A stretch of 44,580 nucleotides of DNA, taken from Actinomycetes bacterium (lineage in GTDB: Bacteria > Actinomycetota > UBA4738). Within the stretch, counting starts at the first letter, position 1. Every line of letters begins with the position of its first letter. The stretch is taken from contig JAJYHN010000139.1 of assembly GCA_021784765.1 (NCBI GenBank), forward strand, positions 1 to 44,580, given 5' to 3'. Shown here one piece after another: positions 38,071-44,580 of the stretch. The notes beneath the pieces were generated by a model. That model saw only the letters and a list, made by a program, of their open reading frames with translations. It did not search any database and was not told the DNA's origin. Position numbers and translations under genes: made by a program.

Positions 38071-39102
38071 ATGCACCTCGATCCGTTCGTGGCGCTGTCC
38101 GGGTTCATCGTCGGCGTCGTCGTCGGGATGACGGGGATGGGCGGCGGCGCGCTGATGACGCCGATCCTGGTGCTGCTCTTCAACGTGAACCCGCTCGCGG
38201 CGGTCTCGAGCGACCTGGTGGCCTCGATGGTCATGAAGCCTGTGGGGGCGGGGGTTCACCTGCGCCGCGGCACCGTGCGGATCGACCTCGTGCGGTGGCT
38301 GATGGTCGGGTCGGTGCCGGCCGCGTTCGCCGGCGTGTTCGTCCTGAGGGCGTTCGGGACCGGTCGGGCGGCGGCGTTCGATCTCGAGCTGGCGCTCGGG
38401 GCCACCCTGCTGCTGTCGGCCTCGCTGATCGTCGGCAAGGGCTGGCTCGCCACCCGCCGCCGTCGCGTCGAGGGCGGGGGTCTCGCCGGCCGCCGGCCCC
38501 TTCGCGTGCGACCGCTGCGCACGGTGGCGATCGGCATCGCCGGCGGGCTCATCGTCGGCATGACCTCGGTCGGCTCCGGGTCGCTGATCATCGTGGCCCT
38601 GATGCTCGTGTACCCGTCGCTCGCGGCCTCGGAGCTCGTCGGGACCGACCTCACGCAGGCCGTCCCGCTCGTCGCCTCGGCGGCGGTCGCGCACATCCTG
38701 TTCGGGGACTTCCGGCTGGGGCTCACCGCGTCCCTGCTGCTCGGGAGCTTGCCGGGGGTCTTCCTGGGCGCGCGGATGTCCTCACGCGCCCCCGACGGCG
38801 TGATCCGGCCGGCGCTGGTGTTCGTGCTGCTGGCGTCCGCGCTCCGGCTCCTCGGGATGCCCGCGTCGGTGCTCGGGCCGGTGCTGCTCGGGGTCGTGCT
38901 GGCCGGCATGCCCGCGTGGGCGCTCGTCGACGCGGCCGGCTGGCCGCGGGAGCTCTGGGCGCGCGCGGGGCTCGACCGTCGGCGCTGGATCGGGCTGCAG
39001 GCCGCGCCGGCCGCCGGCCCCATCGCCTACTTCGCCGCCGCCCGGCCGCGGCTCGCCGCGGCGGCGGTCGACCGCGACCGGGTCGAGCGCGAGGTCGCCT
39101 AG
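38071..39102 (+). CDS. Sulfite exporter TauE/SafE family membrane protein
   Basis: VGMTGMGGGALMTP, AVSSDL, VGMTSVGSGSL, LVGTDLTQAVPL; SD GGAGGAGG. Confidence 0.9.
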   Translation: MHLDPFVALSGFIVGVVVGMTGMGGGALMTPILVLLFNVNPLAAVSSDLVASMVMKPVGAGVHLRRGTVRIDLVRWLMVGSVPAAFAGVFVLRAFGTGRAAAFDLELALGATLLLSASLIVGKGWLATRRRRVEGGGLAGRRPLRVRPLRTVAIGIAGGLIVGMTSVGSGSLIIVALMLVYPSLAASELVGTDLTQAVPLVASAAVAHILFGDFRLGLTASLLLGSLPGVFLGARMSSRAPDGVIRPALVFVLLASALRLLGMPASVLGPVLLGVVLAGMPAWALVDAAGWPRELWARAGLDRRRWIGLQAAPAAGPIAYFAAARPRLAAAAVDRDRVEREVA

Positions 39103-39142
39103 ACCCTCGGCCCGCAGGAGGGCGGCGTCAGGACGGTCGATC

Positions 39143-39979
39143 TCACGCGACGGCGCCGGCCGCCCTCAGCTCCTCGAACAGGGCGCGGGCGAGCCCGGGG
39201 TTCGCCGCGACGATCCCGAGGTTCGAGGTGTTCGGGAGGTCGAACACGATGACCTCCGCCCCGGCCTCGCGCGCGATCACCGAGCCGGCGGCGACGTCCC
39301 AGGGTGCCAGCCCGAGCTCGTAGAACCCGTCGACCTGCCCGGTCGCGACCATGCAGAGGTCGAGCGCGGCCGAGCCGCTGCGGCGGATGTCGTGGACCTG
39401 CGGGAGGATCCGCACGAGGATCTCCGCCTGCCAGCGCCGCCCGCCGGCGTCGTAGGAGAAGCCGGTCGCGAGCAGCGAGCGCTCGAGCGGCCGCTCGGTG
39501 ACGTGGATGGGCTCGCCGTCGCGCCGGGCCCCGAGTCCTCGGGCGGCGGTGTAGACGACGCCGTGCGCCGAGTCGTGCACGACCCCGACCGCCGGGGCGC
39601 CGCCGACCTCCACGCCGATCGAGACGCAGAACGCGGGGTAGCGGTAGACGTAGTTGCGCGTGCCGTCCAGGGGGTCGACGACCCAGCGGACGCCGCTCGT
39701 CCCCGGCCACTCGGTGAGCTCCTCCCCGAGGATCGCGTCGCCAGGCCGTGCCCCGCGGATCGTCTCGACGATCGCTCGCTCGGCCTCGCGGTCGACCTTG
39801 GTCACCAGGTCGGCCGCCGACGACTTCAGCCCGACCTCGAGGTCCCGGCCGATCCCCGCACGGTGGACCGCGGCCCCGGCCGCAGCGGCACGTCCGGCGA
39901 GATCGAGCAGGTCGCCGACGTCGCCGAGATCTCCGAGATCCCCGAGACCCCCGAGGTCGTGCGCGCGGTCCGCGGTCAC
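39143..39979 (-). CDS. Inositol monophosphatase family protein (SuhB-like)
   Basis: DLVTKVDREAE, ILGEE, WVVDPLDGTRNY, RRSGSAALDLC, WDVAAG. GTGA-coupled start at 39979. Confidence 0.92.
   Translation of the reverse strand: MTADRAHDLGGLGDLGDLGDVGDLLDLAGRAAAAGAAVHRAGIGRDLEVGLKSSAADLVTKVDREAERAIVETIRGARPGDAILGEELTEWPGTSGVRWVVDPLDGTRNYVYRYPAFCVSIGVEVGGAPAVGVVHDSAHGVVYTAARGLGARRDGEPIHVTERPLERSLLATGFSYDAGGRRWQAEILVRILPQVHDIRRSGSAALDLCMVATGQVDGFYELGLAPWDVAAGSVIAREAGAEVIVFDLPNTSNLGIVAANPGLARALFEELRAAGAVA
39911..39958 (-). repeat. Degenerate 9-bp tandem repeat (about 5 units) encoding (D/G)-(L/V)-G in the IMPase N-terminus
   Basis: Plus strand gtcgccgac gtcgccgag atctccgag atccccgag acccccgag gtc; protein DLGGLGDLGDLGDVGDL. 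Confidence 0.6.
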
Positions 39980-40284
39980 CGGTGCGGCGCGGCCGCCGGG
40001 GCCCGCCCGGCGACCTCCCACACGGCGGCGGTCGGCTCGGCGCCGGCCTCGCGGAACACCGACGCCCCTCCGGCTCCCCGTCCGGTCGCCGCGGCGGCGG
40101 CCGGCGCCGCCTCGGAGGTCCAGACGGAGGCGAGCCGCCACCGCGCCGGATCGTTCGGGTCCCGCAGCAGGAAGGTCTCGATCAGGCCGTCGGGCAGGTC
40201 ACGCATCGTCAACTCGGCGAAGGCTTGGCGCAGCACGCCCTCCTTCTCCGGCGCCACGTGGGCCTCGAGGATGGTCACGATCAT
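39976..40284 (-). CDS. Small dimeric alpha/beta-barrel (ABM-like) protein
   Basis: MIVTILEAHVAPEKE...LPDGLIETFLLRD...WRLASVWTS; SD GAGGAGG. Confidence 0.7.
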   Translation of the reverse strand: MIVTILEAHVAPEKEGVLRQAFAELTMRDLPDGLIETFLLRDPNDPARWRLASVWTSEAAPAAAAATGRGAGGASVFREAGAEPTAAVWEVAGRAPAAAPHR

Positions 40285-40397
40285 CGGCGTCCCTCCTCGG
40301 CACCCGCGACCGCGAGGCGCCGACGTCCCGAACGATACACAATGTGCGTGGGGCGGGCCGCGGCCGGGGGCCGGGATCCTGGCCCCCGGAGGGCGAG

Positions 40398-41816
40398 GTG
40401 GAACGGGTCGGGCCGCAGGACGCGTCGTTCTTCTACCTGGAGACGCCGGCCGTGCACCAGCACGTCGGCGGAGTCCAGATCCTCGATCCGTCGACCTGCT
40501 CGGCGGGCGAGCCCTCGATCGACGAGCTGCGCCGGCTGATCCTCTCTCGGCTGCATCTCGCGCCGCGTTTCCGCCAGCGGGTGGTGTTCCCGCCGGTGCC
40601 GCTCAGCCGGCCGCGATGGGTGGACGACGAACGATTCGACCCCGACTTCCACATCCGGCGGGCGGCGCTGCCCTCGCCCGGCGGGCGGCGCCAGCTCACG
40701 GACTACGTGCAGCGGGTGATCTCGCGCCCGCTCGACCGCAGCAAGCCCCTGTGGGAGCTCTATCTGATCGAGGGGCTCGAGGGAGGCCGGGCCGCCATCC
40801 TCACGAAGATCCACCACGCCATGGTCGACGGCGTGTCCGCGATGGACATCGCGACGGTCCTGTTCGACACCACGCCGAACCTGCACATCCTGGAGCCGCC
40901 GCCGTGGGTGCCCGAGCCGCTCCCGGCGAGGGCCGAGCTGCTGCGCGAGGCCGTCCGCGACGCGGTGGCCGATCCGCTCGGCGCGGTCGCCGAGGCGATC
41001 GGGCGGGTCGTCACGGCGCCCTCGCGCGCCGCCGGGCAGGTGCGCGAGGTCGCCGCCGGGGTTCGCGAGATCCTCGGCGCCGGCACCCCGCCGGACTCGC
41101 CCCTGAACCAGCGCGTGGGGCCGAACCGCCGCTTCGCGATGGCCGAGGCGCCGGTGAGCGACTTCCGGGCGGTGAAGCGGGCTCTCGGCGGCACCGTGAA
41201 CGACGTGGTGCTCGCCACCGTGGCGGGGGCGCTGCATCGCCTGTACCGGCACCGGCGACTCCCCGTGCGGGGCGCCAGCCTCCGCGCGATGGTGCCGATC
41301 TCGGTGCGCGGCAAGGACCAGCGCGACGGCCTCGGCAACCGCCTCTCCACGCTGTTCGTCGACCTGCCGATCGGGCGGATGGGCCCGCGCCGCCGCCTCG
41401 CGCTCATCCGCGAGACCACGCGGAACCTCAAGGAGTCCCGGCAGGCGGTCGGCGCGGAGTTCTTCATGAACATCGGGCTGTGGGCGCCGCCGACCATCCA
41501 TGCGACCGCGGCGCGCCTCGCCGCGCGGACCCGGATGTTCAACCTCGTGGTCTCGAACGTCCCCGGCCCGCAGATCCCGCTGTACATCTGCGGGGCGCGG
41601 CTGCTCGCCCTGTACCCGATCATGCCGCTCGGGGAGACCGTGGGGCTCTCGGTCGCCGTCACGAGCCTCGGCGGGACGATGGCCTTCGGCCTGGTCGGCG
41701 ACTGGGACGCGCTGCCGGACATCGAGGTGCTGGCCGACGGCATCCGCGAGTCGATCGGCGAGCTGAAGGAGGCCGCGGCCGGGAGGCGGAGGGGCGCCGC
41801 CGCGGGGGCGGCCTAG
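40398..41816 (+). CDS. Wax ester synthase / diacylglycerol acyltransferase (WS/DGAT)
   Basis: QDASFFYLE, PLDRSKPLWE, KIHHAMVDG, TVNDVVLA, NLVVSNVPGP. Confidence 0.95.
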   Translation: MERVGPQDASFFYLETPAVHQHVGGVQILDPSTCSAGEPSIDELRRLILSRLHLAPRFRQRVVFPPVPLSRPRWVDDERFDPDFHIRRAALPSPGGRRQLTDYVQRVISRPLDRSKPLWELYLIEGLEGGRAAILTKIHHAMVDGVSAMDIATVLFDTTPNLHILEPPPWVPEPLPARAELLREAVRDAVADPLGAVAEAIGRVVTAPSRAAGQVREVAAGVREILGAGTPPDSPLNQRVGPNRRFAMAEAPVSDFRAVKRALGGTVNDVVLATVAGALHRLYRHRRLPVRGASLRAMVPISVRGKDQRDGLGNRLSTLFVDLPIGRMGPRRRLALIRETTRNLKESRQAVGAEFFMNIGLWAPPTIHATAARLAARTRMFNLVVSNVPGPQIPLYICGARLLALYPIMPLGETVGLSVAVTSLGGTMAFGLVGDWDALPDIEVLADGIRESIGELKEAAAGRRRGAAAGAA

Positions 41817-41842
41817 CGGTACAGGCCGAGCGGCTCCGGCCT

Positions 41843-42409
41843 TTACAGGTACTGGCCGGAGCGGTCCTCGCGGGCCGGGGCCGCCTGCGCCGGACCGGGC
41901 AGGCCACGACGCTGCAGCTGCTCGAGCTGGGCACGGGCCGCCATCTGCTGCGCCCAGATCGCCGCCTGGATCCCGTGGAACAGCCCCTCGAGCCAGCCGA
42001 CCAGCTGGGCCTGCGCGACCCGGATCTCCGACTCGGTCGGGACGCCTTCGATCGAGGGCGCCAGGGCCTCGAGCTCGCGCTGCAGCTCCTCGGACAGGAC
42101 CTCGCGGAGCTCCTTCACGGCGCGCTCGTAGATCTCGCGCAGCAGCCGCCGGCCCCGCTCGTCCGGCGGCGCCTGGCGCGTCTCCTCCAGCAGCTCGCGC
42201 ACCATCGCGGCGATCCGCACGACCTTGTCGGGCTCGGCGACGAACCGCTCGGCCCGCTCCTCCGCCTGGCGCGCGCCGCCCTCGGCGGCCTCTGCCCGGG
42301 CGCGCGCGAGCTGCTGCGCCGCCAGCTGCTGGGCGACGACCTCGGCCATCGGGGAGGGCGAACCGGCGCCGCCGAGCGCCGGCCGACCCTCTGCGTCCTG
42401 TTCGTTCAC
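41843..42409 (-). CDS. bpa: Bacterial proteasome activator Bpa/PafE
   Basis: PDKVVRIAAMVRELLEE, SEIRVAQAQLVGWLEGLFHGIQ and C-terminal GQYL. TACCGT -10 lies 7 nt before GTG 42409. Confidence 0.92.
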   Translation of the reverse strand: MNEQDAEGRPALGGAGSPSPMAEVVAQQLAAQQLARARAEAAEGGARQAEERAERFVAEPDKVVRIAAMVRELLEETRQAPPDERGRRLLREIYERAVKELREVLSEELQRELEALAPSIEGVPTESEIRVAQAQLVGWLEGLFHGIQAAIWAQQMAARAQLEQLQRRGLPGPAQAAPAREDRSGQYL

Positions 42410-42496
42410 AGAGCACACGGTAGCAGCCGCGGGTCGGGGAAGCGGCACACGCGCTTCGGCCTCTCGCCGCTGGCGCCAGGACCGCGCCGGCCGCGC

Positions 42497-43453
42497 TCAG
42501 CCCCTCGCGCGTCCGGCCGTCGCGAGCCAGGCCGACACCGACCCCAGCCAGCGGTCGGGCGCCTCGAGCTGCGGCACGTGGCCGAGGTCGGGGTACACCT
42601 CGAGGCTCCAGTCCTCGTGGCCCTGCACGGCGAGCTCGGCGACGACCCTCGGGACCAGGCGGTCGACGCCGCCGTGCAGCACGAGCGCCGGCGTGCCCAC
42701 CCGCCGGACCAGCTCGCGGTAGCGCCACGGCCGAAGGTGGGCCCGGACGATGGAGCGGGTCGCCGTCGAGACCGCCAGCTCGGCCTCGCGCGAGCCGATT
42801 CGGGCCGCGAGCAGGTCGGCCTCGAGCGCCACCACCGCGGGGTCGATCGCTCGCGGGTCGGCGGCGATCGTCTCGAAGGTCTCCCGCAGCATCCCGTCGG
42901 GTCCGAGACGTCGCTCCCAGAACGACATCGCCTCGGGCCCGAGCAGGCTGCTGCCCGAGATCAGGAACCCGGCGGCGATCCGCAGCGACAGCCGGCCGGC
43001 CCAGCGCGGAGGGCGGGGGAAGGCGGCGTTGGTGAGCACCAGCCGATCGACGGCCTCCGGCGCGTGGGCGGCCTCGATCAGGGCGAGCATCCCCCCCATC
43101 GAGTTCCCGACCAGCACGACCGGCGGAAGGTCCATGGCCCGCAGGAACCCGTCCAGCAGGCGCCACTGACCGGCGATCGAGGCGCGGCGCCCGGCGACGG
43201 GCGTGTGCCCGTGCCCGACGAGGTCGGGCGCCAGCACCCGGCCGTGCCGGGCCAGGCCGGGGGCGACCAGCACCCAGTTCAGGTGCGAGCCGCCGAGCCC
43301 GTGCACCAGCACGAACGTCGGGCCGCCGGCCGGGCCCTCCCACTCCAGATAGTGGACGGGCCCGCGGACGTCGGCCCAGCGGCCGGCCGGCAGCCCGAGG
43401 GCGCGCGCCGCGGGAGAGGGGTCGTGCGAGCGGTGGGGATCCTGCGGATTCAT
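42497..43453 (-). CDS. Alpha/beta fold hydrolase
   Basis: LVHGLGGSHLNW, PDLVGHG, GNSMGG, DRLVP, GHVPQLE. Confidence 0.92.
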   Translation of the reverse strand: MNPQDPHRSHDPSPAARALGLPAGRWADVRGPVHYLEWEGPAGGPTFVLVHGLGGSHLNWVLVAPGLARHGRVLAPDLVGHGHTPVAGRRASIAGQWRLLDGFLRAMDLPPVVLVGNSMGGMLALIEAAHAPEAVDRLVLTNAAFPRPPRWAGRLSLRIAAGFLISGSSLLGPEAMSFWERRLGPDGMLRETFETIAADPRAIDPAVVALEADLLAARIGSREAELAVSTATRSIVRAHLRPWRYRELVRRVGTPALVLHGGVDRLVPRVVAELAVQGHEDWSLEVYPDLGHVPQLEAPDRWLGSVSAWLATAGRARG

Positions 43454-43560
43454 CGGTGTTCCGACCGAGAGCCTACGACGGGGGCGCCGCTCGCGCCCAC
43501 GATGGCCGCTTGCGGCCGCGGGCCGGGCCCGGCGGCGGGCCCGAGGGGAACCGGCTCACC

Positions 43561-44580
43561 TCACATCACGCCGAGGCCCCCGAGGCTCGCCATCAGGTCG
43601 CTCCGGGCGTCCGGGTCGCAGACGGCGTCGATCACGGCCGGCCGGCCCTCCGCCGCGGCCGCCGCGGCCCGCTCGAGGGCGCCGTGCACCTCGTCGTGCG
43701 CGGTCACGCGCTCGCCGTGGCCGCCGGCGGCCTCGGCCAGCAGGTCGTAGCGCATGGCCGAGGCGGCGGCCGTCTCGGCGCGGCCGGCGCCCGGATGGGC
43801 GTGCTCGTGGACGTCCCCCCACCCGCCGTTGTTCACGACGACGACGACGATCCCGAGCCGACCCCTCGCCGCGGTGTCCAGCTCCATCGCCGACATGCCG
43901 AACGCCCCGTCGCCGGTGAACAGGAACACCGGCTCGTCCGGGCGCGCCGCCTTCGCCGCGACCGCGAACGGCAGCCCGATGCCGAGCGTCCCCATGGCCG
44001 AGCCGATGAACAGGTTCGTCCCCGGCCGGTGGGCCCTCGAGAATGCGAGGCCCCACACCACGCTGTCGCCGCCGTCGGAGACGAACGTCCCCGGCCCGAG
44101 CCCGTCGGCGAAGCGCGCCACCTCGCGCGCCAGCCACCCCGGGTGGATCCCGTTCGCCGGCCGCTCGCACTGCGCGTCCCAGGTGGACAGGCTCGCGGCG
44201 GCGGCCTGCCGCGTCTCGTCTGCCCAGCCGCCGAACGCGTCGGGCTCGCCGGGCCAGGCCTCCGTCAGCGCCTCGAGCGTCGCCGCCACGTCGCCGGCGA
44301 GGGCGATCTCGGGCCGGCGCAGGCCGCCGAGGTGCTCGGGACGCACGTCGACCTGGATGATGGTTTGCCCGGGCGGGAACAGCGGCGGCCCGCCGTAGAG
44401 CGTGTTCGCGTTGAACGCCGACCCCAGCACCAGCGCCACGTCCGCGGAGGCCAGCGCGACGCCGCCGTGCACGAGGCCGCCGGCGCATCGAGGGTGGTCG
44501 TCGTCGAGGAGCCCGCGCGCGGCCGATGTCGTGGTCACCGGGATCCCGGTCAGCTCGGCGAACGCCCGCAGCGCGGGGCC
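43561..44580 (-). CDS. Thiamine pyrophosphate-binding enzyme (acetolactate synthase-like / 2-hydroxyacyl-CoA lyase family), 5' part outside the window
   Basis: Frame is open to the window edge; ADVALVLG, MGTLGIGLPFA, TGDGAFG...VNNGGW. Confidence 0.88.
   Translation of the reverse strand, partial: GPALRAFAELTGIPVTTTSAARGLLDDDHPRCAGGLVHGGVALASADVALVLGSAFNANTLYGGPPLFPPGQTIIQVDVRPEHLGGLRRPEIALAGDVAATLEALTEAWPGEPDAFGGWADETRQAAAASLSTWDAQCERPANGIHPGWLAREVARFADGLGPGTFVSDGGDSVVWGLAFSRAHRPGTNLFIGSAMGTLGIGLPFAVAAKAARPDEPVFLFTGDGAFGMSAMELDTAARGRLGIVVVVVNNGGWGDVHEHAHPGAGRAETAAASAMRYDLLAEAAGGHGERVTAHDEVHGALERAAAAAAEGRPAVIDAVCDPDARSDLMASLGGLGVM

Overview
High-GC actinobacterial-type chromosomal window made mostly of core metabolism. 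It carries a complete branched-chain amino acid cluster on the minus strand (ilvD ... leader peptide/attenuator, an unknown gene, ilvB-ilvN-ilvC-leuA-leuC-leuD-leuB-cimA), pentose-phosphate genes (gnd-zwf ... tkt), greA, bpa (proteasome activator), a WS/DGAT acyltransferase, several hydrolases and an Rrf2 regulator next to a TauE/SafE transporter. Accessory DNA is interspersed: two lower-GC islets of secreted proteins and lipoproteins (one with a Tlde1/DUF2778-like L,D-transpeptidase-fold protein, one with a frameshifted fragment), a FitA/VapB-VapC toxin-antitoxin pair with visible operators, and a GH30-GT2-GT-C glycan-modification cluster. The most unusual item is a ~445-bp transposase-less element at the Rrf2 stop codon (37484-37928). 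It has sub-terminal inverted repeats, a duplicated core and a two-internal-loop RNA whose guide segments match its own insertion-site flanks. This looks like a non-autonomous IS110/IS1111-type bridge(seek)-RNA element. All family assignments are from motif recognition by eye, with no database searches run.
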